From: Paraspadella gotoi
Lineage: Eukaryota; Animalia; Chaetognatha
NCBI GenBank assembly: GCA_051294375.1
Contig: CM119264.1
Coordinates: 17,434,278-17,498,277, forward strand
Length of the DNA stretch: 64,000 nt
Direction: 5' to 3'
This document shows positions 55,101-64,000 of this stretch, one piece after another; within the stretch, counting starts at the first letter, position 1; every line of letters begins with the position of its first letter. The position numbers were made by a program, and so were the translations under genes. The notes under the pieces are model-generated. The model searched no databases. It saw only the letters and a list, made by a program, of their open reading frames with translations, and was not told the origin of the DNA.

Positions 55101-55933
55101 TCTTTCTTTCATTTTCAGATTGTCGATCTATCCAATGGATCAGATCTGCCCCCAACCAGTGAGGGCGAAATTTGCGTTCGAAGCCCTTCAGTCACGAAAG
55201 GCTACTTGAACGACCCCGTGGCAACAGCAATGGTCATCGACTCCGATGGATGGTTCCACACTGGCGACATTGGTCACTTCAGTGCTGAGGGGCGTCTTTA
55301 CGTTACGGACAGAATCAAGGAGCTTATTTCTTATAAGGACGGGTTCGTTTGGGAAAAGATATAGCGTGGCAGCATGACTTAAAGCTGCTGCCCTGCTGTT
55401 TGTCCTCAGCCTCGTCTCTATGGCTGAGCAGGATAAATCATCACATTTCAACTGTGCGTCCTGGGTTCAATCTCTGGCTTAAAGAGACGGAGCCGGTTGA
55501 AACATGCCAGTGACAAGAGGTGGTCACTGAGGGTCCGCAGCACCTATGCCTACTATCCAAAAAGACAAATAGAAAATTAATTTAGTAGTAGTTAGGATCA
55601 AAGGACCTAAGTAATTGCTTTCTTACTGCTATTCAAGATTTTGATCCCTTCAGGCAACACGTGTCTCCAGCCCTAATCGAGGGCGTTCTCTTGAAGCATC
55701 CCGCAGTCGCTGAGTGTGTCGTCGTTGGCGTCCCTGTCAACGAGCGTGCCGAGCCCAGAGCCTTTGTCGTGTTGAAGCCGGACGCCAGCAACGTGACAGC
55801 ATCCGACCTTGAAATCTTTGTTGCCGAACGGAACTCTATCTTGAACAGGCTGCGAGGGGGAGTCAGGTTCTTAACGGAGATTCCCCAGACTTCTTCGTTT
55901 AAACCAGACAGGAATAAGCTAAAAAAATTATAG
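45904..55933 (+). CDS. Luciferase-like / 4-coumarate-CoA-ligase-like acyl-CoA synthetase (ANL adenylate-forming superfamily), 8 exons, 545 aa
   Basis: Join 45904-46155, 46301-46556, 46889-47092, 47511-47661, 54024-54207, 54925-55011, 55119-55342, 55654-55933 gives 1638 nt in frame with all GT-AG introns. Motifs TSGSTRSPKG, PLAHAGG, GIRQGYGLTE, GEICVR, GWFHTGDIG, DRIKELI, LRGGV; C-terminus KKL. Confidence 0.93.
46301..46556 (+). CDS. Luciferase-like ACS exon 2 (intact copy)
   Basis: GDGVTVIASNCVEY...LGAVFAPV...AELRQQ; acceptor AAG, donor G|GTAATT. Confidence 0.92.
46889..47092 (+). CDS. Luciferase-like ACS exon 3 (AMP-binding P-loop)
   Basis: DTAILQSTSGSTRSPKGVIHTHRAIVAN; acceptor CTCTCAG, donor CAG|GTATGG. 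Confidence 0.93.
47096..47250 (+). other. Intronic multi-hairpin element with a decayed tRNA-Gly(CCC)-like core (duplicate at 52594-52748)
   Basis: TGGTGGA..TCCACCA hairpin; A-box-like TGGTGCAGGAGG (47135); CT-CCC-AA at the anticodon position; B-box-like GGGTTTTAGCCC at tRNA spacing (45 nt); CTGAGGG (47203); CTGTAACA..TGTTACAG hairpin. Confidence 0.55.
47511..47661 (+). CDS. Luciferase-like ACS exon 4 (intact copy)
   Basis: GETTMMQAPLAHAGGLQF...VPDFEVDRDLGLVRKYKM; donor AA|GTAAGC. Confidence 0.9.
47840..47924 (+). repeat. 36-bp-arm palindrome containing a truncated hammerhead core in intron 4 (duplicate at 53333-53416)
   Basis: Arms differ at 2 of 36 positions; includes TGATGA-A-GAACG aaatta CGTTC-GAAAC-AT-GTC (47877-47909). 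Confidence 0.75.
48810..50655 (-). repeat. Noisy inverted copy of ~42325-44170
   Basis: Colinear reverse-complement identity with many indels; starts right after an N gap. Confidence 0.9.
50658..53790 (+). repeat. Direct duplicate of 45149-48784 (upstream region plus exons 1-4)
   Basis: Near-identical including introns; differences are mostly single-base indels. Confidence 0.93.
51410..53156 (+). pseudogene. Second copy of exons 1-4 (51410-51658, 51803-52059, 52388-52590, 53009-53156) with frameshifting indels; probably sequencing error rather than a true pseudogene
   Basis: For example catttttag vs cattttaag, ggcaaacag vs ggcaacag, catcggcaat vs catcgggcaat; almost no substitutions. Confidence 0.7.
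54024..54207 (+). CDS. Luciferase-like ACS exon 5
   Basis: YLYLTAWH...DLKSLRTVITAGATLSAE...GIRQGYGLTE; missed by the ORF track; acceptor CCCCAG, donor GAG|GTTTGA. Confidence 0.93.
54925..55011 (+). CDS. Luciferase-like ACS exon 6
   Basis: CGGIVIVPKEEKFMYPGTVGVPLPNVEIK; acceptor CCTTAG, donor AAG|GTTAAA. Confidence 0.9.
55119..55342 (+). CDS. Luciferase-like ACS exon 7
   Basis: IVDLSNG...EGEICVRSPSVTKGYLND...DGWFHTGDIG...DRIKELISYKDG; acceptor TTTTCAG. Confidence 0.93.
55366..55550 (+). other. Intronic multi-hairpin element with a decayed tRNA-like cloverleaf (55414-55488)
   Basis: GGCAGCA..TGCTGCC hairpin; GTCTCT/AGAGAC acceptor-like stem; A box TGGCTGAGCAGG; CACA-TTTCAAC-TGTG arm; B box GGGTTCAATC; AGTGAC..GTCACT hairpin; CTGAGGGTC. 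Confidence 0.58.
55654..55933 (+). CDS. Luciferase-like ACS exon 8 (last)
   Basis: QHVSPALIEGVLLKHPAVAECVVVGVP...LRGGVRFLTEIPQTSSFKPDRNKLKKL*. Confidence 0.93.
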
Positions 55934-56044
55934 ATTTTTTCCCAAAAAAATCGACTAACAGAACGAAAGAAGACTTGCTCTTACATTAGAGTTGGACCAA
56001 ATGCACGAATAACTGCTCCAATTACAACAAACTAACATATTTTT

Positions 56045-56690
56045 GCTTATCAGCAGATTCCGACTCTATAATTCACTTTGTCGGTCCGTCGGTCCCACCC
56101 AAAAATATTGTCGGTAAATCATTATTTTCATATCAGAACCTCGAATTATGATAAATTATGCAAAAAAAATGTCCGTCCGTCCGTCCGTCTGTCCGTCCCC
56201 CCTTAGCAAAAAACTCCAATTACTCGTGATTGGATGGATGGATTGGTATGAAATTTTGTGTGTGAGTAGGAAACTGTGTGATTGAGATGGATATGAAGTT
56301 GCGATAGAATCGTGCTAGTGGAAATAAGTTTAAATGGAAAAAACAAAAAAATCTATTTCACTATACGCCAATTGCTCATGAGTAAATAAGGCAATTGACT
56401 TAATTTGTATGATAGTAGAAAGTGTGGATTGAGCTGGATATAAAGTTTCGATAGATCGTACGATGGAAATGAGTAAAAATGACAGAAAAATAAAAGTCCT
56501 ATTTACTTGAAGTATTTTTACTTATATTTACTCATAATAATTAGATTTATTAAAAATTGGATAGATAAATTGAAATGAAATTTTGTGTGTTGGTAGGAAA
56601 GTGTGTGATTGAGCTGGATATAAAGTTTTGATGGAATCGTCCAAGTGGAAATGAGTTTAAATTAAAAAATCAAAAGACACATTTATTTGA
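56045..56690 (+). mobile_element. 5' part of a Helentron/DINE-1-like element just downstream of the stop codon
   Basis: gcttatcagcagattccgactc, (GTCC)n and tandem subunits (gtaggaaagtgtgtgattgagctggatataaag) homologous to 16750-17776. Confidence 0.75.
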
Positions 56691-56756
56691 ATTTTTAAAA
56701 GTTTCTCTCTATCTCTCTCTGATCGATTGATTGATTGATTGATTGATTGATTAATC

Positions 56757-57020
56757 AAATTATGCCAGTTGACTTAATTATGCCAGTTGACCAAATTATG
56801 TATACCAATTGACCAAATTACGCCAGTTGACCAAGTTACATCAGTTGACCAAAATTATGCTGTTGACCAAATATGCCAGTTGACAAATTATCTGTGACCA
56901 AATTATGTCAGAAGACCAAATTACCCTGTTGACCAAAAAAGCAAAGTTGAATAAATTATGCCAGTTGACCAAATTATGCAAGTTTACCAAATTATGCAAA
57001 ATTACCAAATTATGCAAGTT
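56757..57020. repeat. 18-bp minisatellite (aaattatgccagttgacc)n
   Basis: About 14 degenerate tandem units. Confidence 0.92.
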
Positions 57021-57454
57021 GGTATTGGCGCAGGTACTAGTAATGATTGATTAATCCATTGATTTATAGATTTTTTTCATAGATTTATTAAGAAGTCTGT
57101 TATTATTTCTTATACTATCTAGGAAAAAAGTTAGAAACATTTTTAATTGAGGATATTCTACTCGAAAACTTGCTCGATTTTATTATGATCTTAAATTGAA
57201 AGTCAAAAAATTACCGTGATTTATCATAGGATAGCTTATTACCGCTAAATTATCGAAGACAGATCCGAAATTGTTTGCTCATACTTTTTTGATAAACTTC
57301 ACTGTAGTTGTTTAAATTATACATAACAGAAGAAAGATATTCCTTTAAAAATTCTAACTTATTAAAAAAAAATTCGTTTTAAAATTTATCTTCACCTTCA
57401 TCTTTGTATTAAAAAGGACAATAAGGATAAAAATCAATATCTAACCCTCTTTAA

Positions 57455-57685
57455 TATCTCTCTCTAAAATTACTATCGTTTTATGGGATTTTATGGTCTT
57501 TATTGTTTGTATTAAGGCCATGGTGCATGATTTTTTACTCTCTCTAAATTACTATAGTTTTAAATGGGATTTTATGGTCTTTATTGTGAAAAATAGAAAC
57601 TGTTTGAATTTTGTGACCTTTACTCTCTCTAAATCACTATTGTTTATGGGATTTTATGCTCTATATTGTGAAAAATAGAAACTTT
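57455..57685. repeat. Three tandem ~80-bp units (ctctctaaattactat..atgggattttatggtctttattg)
   Basis: Units begin near 57460, 57540 and 57624. Confidence 0.8.
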
Positions 57686-59441
57686 TAATTTTTCAATTAC
57701 CTCGCTATTCAGCTGAAATTCTGAATCTTACGCCGTTATAATCCTAAGTTAAACTTTAAAGGGATCGGCAACATCTCGAATCTCGATTGTAAGGTCGTGA
57801 AGCAAGAAAAATACTTCACAATATATGAAATAATAATCTTTTTTTTTTCTCTAAATTAAGTATCTTAATATCATTTGCATATTTATTTGAATAGTGTAAA
57901 AAATGCCTGACTGTGTGCAATGATTTAAAAAAAACTAGTTTAATATTTTCATTCTAGTCTATTGCTAGTAACCGAGAGGCAAAGCTTAACTACTTACTCG
58001 ATCCAACTTACTGAACATCAGTGGTCCAGTACTGATGTGGAGGTGAAAAGTTTGTTTGATGTTAGAGAAATATTTTCATATTTGTGGAAATATGAAATTT
58101 TTAAAGTTAATTTAAGTTAATTTTTACCAAAATTTAGTATTCGCGAGAAATTGTTTCTCAGGAATCTGATGACGCGAAAAGTATTTGACGAAACGACCTC
58201 AAATGCTATCGCGAAGACAAAAGAAATTGGAACCTTCGTCGGGGGCGTTTCATTTAGGGGAAAAAAAAAGAGAAAAAAGAATTTGATAAACGGGAAGATC
58301 ATCCAACGACCAATCAGCGTTCGCTTTTCTTTTACGTTCGACCAATCGCGCTGCTCCATTCTTTTGCCTCTCGCTTGACTCAGGTAGAAACCTTTCCTTA
58401 TAACCTTTGTACATTTGTGTTTCCTTGGCGGCCTTGGCGGCGGTTTGCTCACTCATTCTGTCTTTTTCTTTTGCTCTCTCAACTTTCCCTTTGTGAACTA
58501 TTTCCCAAATAACCAATGAACAAGTTTTTTGGTAATTCCGTGAAAAGACTGAGCCTAGAATAGATTTTTTAAAAATCTGAACAAGATGCTTGATATTTTC
58601 GATCCAGTCTTTGCCATCTTTTATTCGTGCATATATATATTCGTTAATCTAATAGAGAAAGAGAAAAAAGAAAGAGAGACAGAGAGAGAGAGCGAGAGAG
58701 AAGAGAGTTCGGAGTGAATCGGAGAGAAGGAAATAAAAGATAAGGAAAGAGGAATATCGTTTCGGTTGGGAGGAAAAAAAAGAAGATAATGATGGGAAGG
58801 AATAATAGAAAAGACGGTTGAATGTTAAGGGGGGCGGGGGGAGGACGAAAAAAAAAGGAGGAACGGAAAGCGGCGGACGATAAAGAAAAGAATTGGACGG
58901 TCACACAGGGAGAAAAAAAAGGAGAGAATTCGGAGAAAAATGGCGCCCGAGACGCGAACGTTACTTACCTTCTCAGCACAAACCGGGTGGGTGGCGAGGA
59001 GGTGGGGGTCAGGTTAATTTCTACGACGCCGTCGACGGGCGAGAAAACGAATCATTATGTTGATCCGCGTTCGAGTCAAAACCTTATATGTATAATTTGG
59101 TATTTTTTATATTATCTTTTTTTTTAAATTAAGATACGAGGCTTTATCTATTCTGCCAAACCATCACAATATTTAGACTTTCTTACTTCGTTAATTTTTG
59201 GTGTTAATGAAAGCTTTAATCATGACTGTTGGTCAAAAATTCGGATTTTTTTTTCTTTTCACGCTTTCTCTCTTCTTCTTCTTCTCTCTATCCCCCACTT
59301 TCTTTCTCTCTATGCATCTCACTCATTGTGCTCTTCATTTCTTCTTCTTTATTCCTTTGGCAAGGACGGCAGACCCTCGATTGAACCTTTTTGCAGAGGG
59401 TAAGGAAGGTGGCTGAGGCCGAAGAGAAAGAATCAATCTTG

Positions 59442-59519
<78 letters not shown>

Positions 59520-61715
59520 ACAACACCAGGTTTGAATTTGTAAGAGCAGCTGCCAAGGCGAGGGGGTCGAAGAAGGTCAGAGAAGAAGGAAGAAGTAAAA
59601 GAATTATGCTTTAAAACTTTGCCTGAAGCTCAAAACAAAAAGACAAAAAGAATGAAAGCAGAAATAAAACGAGCAAGAGAGGAAGCAAGCAAAGCGTCAA
59701 GGAAGCTAAGTTTAATTAGTGAGTTGTTTAAAAAAAAATTTATCTCTTTTTTTTTGTTGCCAATCTTCCATGTTCTTATCTTCAATTCTTCGCCTCGCTT
59801 CATTTCTGACAACATCCTCGTTATACTAATCCATCCTTGTCCTCGGGTTTTCATTCTTTATTTTACCCAACGAATGTATCCTCCTAATTTTTTTTTTTCA
59901 AACGCAGCGCTCGCCGAATTAGCTTCCCATTACAACCGGTTCTCCCGTATTCCCTTTTCATTATACCCAAGGCTGGCCTTATTCATTTCCCGCTCCACCA
60001 AACGATGATGGTCTTCGGATGTAATTATTCGTTCCCCAGCTTCCGGCAAACGACGACGCTTCGTCAAATGGGTTAGGAGGACCGCGGTTAAATTCAATAG
60101 GTTCTCTTTCAATGGGGAGAAAACGACTTTGGTTGCGGGAGAAGCTTTCGACTTTAAATTCGTAGCTCAACAAAGCTAAATAGCTTAAACATAGAGGTTT
60201 GCTCCTCGGGACGTTTTCGATTTAGCTTTCATGTTAATCCTGAAAAAAAAAAACCAACTAAATTCTCCGTTAGAAGAAACTTATACAAAGTTAGACTATT
60301 AGTTCTAAAGGATTAAAACAGTTTTAGGATAACTAACGAATGAAAAAAAAAATTTAATAAAATGGGATGACGTTGTCATAATTGGCCAATTCCGAATTAT
60401 GCGGCGATCAAGTACTGATCAAATTGTCCCTTCTCTTTAATTCGCTTGAGACTCTCGCCTCATCCAGTTCATCTCTTCATCAAAATGGTCGCTCTGTTCG
60501 CTCGCTGATCGCAGCAAAGCCCGTCGCTTTGAAATATCCCGCGATATAATTCGTCGAGGGATTAAACGCATAATTCTAAGCAGTTCTTTCTTTCGCGGGC
60601 ATCGAATGCAGTCCCGCTCCGCCGCAATACGCAATACGTCGTCTCTCATCAGCAAATCCTCTTTGTCTCGTCCGCCGAACGCTTCATAACCGTTCCCCCT
60701 AACATCCATCCACCTCGTGATTCCTCACTGTCAATGAGGTTCCGAGGGTCTCTCGTTCGTCATCCGATCAACCTGTCTATGGAATGGAGCGACCAGTAGC
60801 AGCAGCGGATATTTTTTTTCTGACTGATGCAGCAGTCACTTCCTTCTTACATCAATCATTATTTCTGAGTCGACGTGACCCGTTGTTCCATCGACCACAT
60901 TTTCCTGCGCCGTCACAACATCATCCTCTTTCTCTGACCCATCGCTGTATCAAGCGCTTCCTCCAGTCGTTGCAGCTTCAACCACTTTCCCTGACCCGTT
61001 ACTCCATTAAAGAGAGGGTGAGTCGGTTTCGTTAATTACTCCCTACTCGACGCAGAGAAAAAAAAAACTGTCGCAGCAGCTTCGACTGTCGTTAATGAGG
61101 ATTAAACGGGGAAAGAATCGCTGGGGAAACGTGAAAGCTGCAGAGTTGAAGGGTTGATGGGGTTAAGATTAAAAAAAATGGATAGTTTGGGAGTGAAATA
61201 GGATGAGCGGATTCGCATTTTTGTGAACATTAAATGTTTGTAACATTAAAAAGCGGGATATATTAGTGGGAAAAAAATGAGGGAGTAACAAAAAAACAAA
61301 AGGGAAAGTAAAGAAGATGGAGGCATTGAAGAAAGGAGAGAAAGTGGACGGAGAAACGTGGCAGAAATGACGAGGAGAATCCTGAGGGGAAAAAAAGAGG
61401 GAAAAAAAAGAAAGAAAAAAAAGAGATAAAAGAGAAGGATGAAGAAGATGAGGTTGAATGAGAAAAAGAGGGTGAAACTGAAAGAGCAAAACCTTTTTTA
61501 AATTCGGGAAACGTACCCAATTTTTGTTCAAACTTTAGTATTTAAAAATTTACAAGATATTGTCACAGAGATTATGGTTCTTTGTACCATTTGACGTGAA
61601 AATCACATTTAGAGAATGCAAGAAACTATGATTGATTTTAACGAATCTTTTCCGCGACGGAATTTAATGAATCGAAATAATAAGAGGTAAAAATATATTT
61701 GATGGGTGGTGCAAA

Positions 61716-61776
<61 letters not shown>

Positions 61777-62337
61777 AAAATATTCCCGGTTTTAATAATC
61801 AACCGGACCTTGAACCCTCGACTTACGTCGGCCAGTCCACTTCAGTTTACGAAAAAAAACAACAAACAATCAATTACGACCGACGGCTTGAGTAATCGTC
61901 CGTCCAGGGCAAAGTCACGTGCGCGTCCGGAGCGAGTTAATCTGGGCGTGGAGTATTCTCACCTATTCTCGCTCATTCGCACTTCCCTTTATCTCGTTTG
62001 AGGAATTTGTTTATTGAGAAGTAAGCTTTCGTATCTATGGATATAAAATGCTCCAACCAAAGAAGTTCTATGGATCATGCCCTTCTTTTCTTCCTTGATC
62101 CTTTTATGTGAATGACCCAAAAGTGACAGAATGGCTTTTCTCTCACATGCGAACTCGGATAACCAAACCATTCAGCAAGTACGCGGACTCCTCACCGCCT
62201 CTGATGAAGAAAACGACTTTTTACCATTTCTCAATATCAGCAACAGTCTCTCGATCTCTCTCTCTGTTTCTCTCTCTCTCTCCCTGCCTCTCTATTTATA
62301 CGAGTTTACTCGGACGGTGTTACTATCTACGTAACAA

Positions 62338-62381
<44 letters not shown>

Positions 62382-64000
62382 AGAAAGAAAGAAAGAAAGA
62401 AAGAAGAAGAAAGAAAGAAAGAAAGAAAAAAAAAAAAAAGTAGAGTAAAAAAATTGTACTGTCAGTAAGTGAATCAGAAGAAAATAGGATTAGAAGAATT
62501 AGTATAGTGAAACAAGAGAGAGTAAAGTATTGCGTGCATTTAAGAGTAAAATCAAATCACTCAAATCAATCGCTCAAATCTCCGAAGATTGAATTGTTTT
62601 CTTTTATTGGCACAAAAAAGTTTTGAAACATTTTTTTTATACAGTTCGCTTCATAATATGAAGAACATGACTGCTAGTGACATAAAAAGTTTAGGGCTGT
62701 CATAAATGCCAACATTGATTTTGTCATCAGAACAAAATCGTTTTCTTTCTTAGCAAATTGAAAAAAAAAAACTATCCCGACAAAAAAAGGAAACAACTCA
62801 CTTTTTCCCTTTTTTTTTTCTCTTTTCCTTTCTTCTTCTTCTTCTTTTTCTTCTTCAATGTTTGACACAAAGATCATCTTCCTTTCACTTATTTCTCTTC
62901 CCCGAATTCTCACCGAGGAAAAAGAGAAAGAAAGAAAAACGAAAAAGACGTCGAAGATGACAGAGACAACGACAACGACGACGACAACAACAACAAAAAG
63001 ACTTTGAGAACTTTGAGAAAATTAATATCTGATCTGATGAAGAGTTTTGATTCAATACATTTTTTGCTTTCTTTTTTTCAACCGCGTCGTTTTTTTTTTC
63101 ATTTTTTTCCTTTTGTTTATACTAAGCCTTACTTTTTTTCAGAATATTATTATCTATATTATTAGTAAAACTTCTATAACAATTCGAATTAGCGATCGAA
63201 ATTTTCTCTGACAAAAATGACGAAGAAGATGAACCACAAAGCTGACCATCAATAACGACGACGATGACAATGACGACGGTGTTTTTTTTGCACTACCCAA
63301 CTCACGAAGGCATAACTTATGGATTATTGGTTTTTTCTTTCGGCAGTCAATTGGAGGCGGTCTTGATTGCGTCAGCACTTCCGGGCAACGTCGTCTCCAC
63401 AGAGAAAGAAGCAGTGAGAGAGACAGAGTGGAGGCTAGAGAAAAAAGACGGCGAGAGAGAGAGAGAGAGAGATTTGGAGAGACTTCGTGATAATTTGAAT
63501 AAATAAGAGAGACTATCAAAGAAACATTATTTCATTTTCGGAACATCAAGCACATATTTTATGAGGCGTATTCTACTTCTGCCTACATGACCTGCCATTT
63601 TGATTAGAATGGAGTTGGTCCACGGAAAGCGGATTTTTGAAAACAGTTTCGTCTCTTACACTTCATGCAGGATAAAAAAATTCTATAAATAGCAAAACGT
63701 AAATAGGGAAAAACCCAAGTAAAAAGAAGAAAAAATTGACAAAAAAAAACCCGTGATTGGCGTTTCTCCCCGATGTTTATGACGGCCATGAATCAAAAGT
63801 CTTGGCGAAGGGTCGGTCCTGTTTATGCCGCGGGCGGATTTCGGGACTCAGGGGAAAAAAGGAGAGGGGACCTGAGGGTGAAGTGATGGCGCTAGAATTT
63901 AGGTGAAAATCCTTTGGTAAGTGAGGGGGAAGAAAAAAGGTGAGTGATGAGTCGCGAGAAAACAGAATGGACATAAATTGACTTGCAAAATAGAAGATGA

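Noticed and set aside
55355-55560. Group I S-element-like AAGATATAG and group II domain V-like GAGCCGG..GAAA in intron 7
   Set aside because: Partner elements and stems are missing, and the intron has ordinary GT-AG ends.
45904-55933. Calling the gene a bioluminescent luciferase
   Set aside because: The shared motifs are general to 4CL-like and fatty acyl-CoA synthetases, and the equivalents of firefly R218, S347 and K443 are not conserved.
32301-57020. CRISPR-like arrays at 32301, 43910 and 56757
   Set aside because: Contiguous tandem units without unique spacers, no cas genes, eukaryotic context.
58168-58190. CTGATGA-CGC-GAAA as a minimal hammerhead
   Set aside because: No helix III with an NUH triplet and no helix I.
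60437-60709. 90-aa minus-strand ORF in a GC-richer patch
   Set aside because: No recognisable motif and no convincing splice sites.

Overview
Eukaryotic (metazoan-like, AT-rich, intron-containing) draft-assembly window with many N gaps, homopolymer indel noise and abundant (GA)n, (GAC)n and (ATT)n microsatellites. Most ORFs in the supplied track are low-complexity artefacts. Supported coding content is (i) an 8-exon, ~545-aa luciferase/4-coumarate-CoA-ligase-like acyl-CoA synthetase on the + strand, with exons 1-4 present twice, and (ii) one Ig-domain exon on the - strand, cut by a gap. Repeats include a DINE-1/Helentron-like family (one 4.3 kb copy is seen both as a filled and as an empty site), a TA-flanked MITE and several minisatellites, one of which reads as a His/Asp-rich repeat. 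Penelope-type hammerhead-ribozyme cores occur in inverted arrangements. The least explained signal is a set of diverged, GC-rich multi-hairpin elements sharing a 5' GTGG hairpin, a tRNA-like core and CTGAGGG; two sit in sense orientation in introns of the luciferase-like gene. Everything was read by eye; no searches or folding programs were run.
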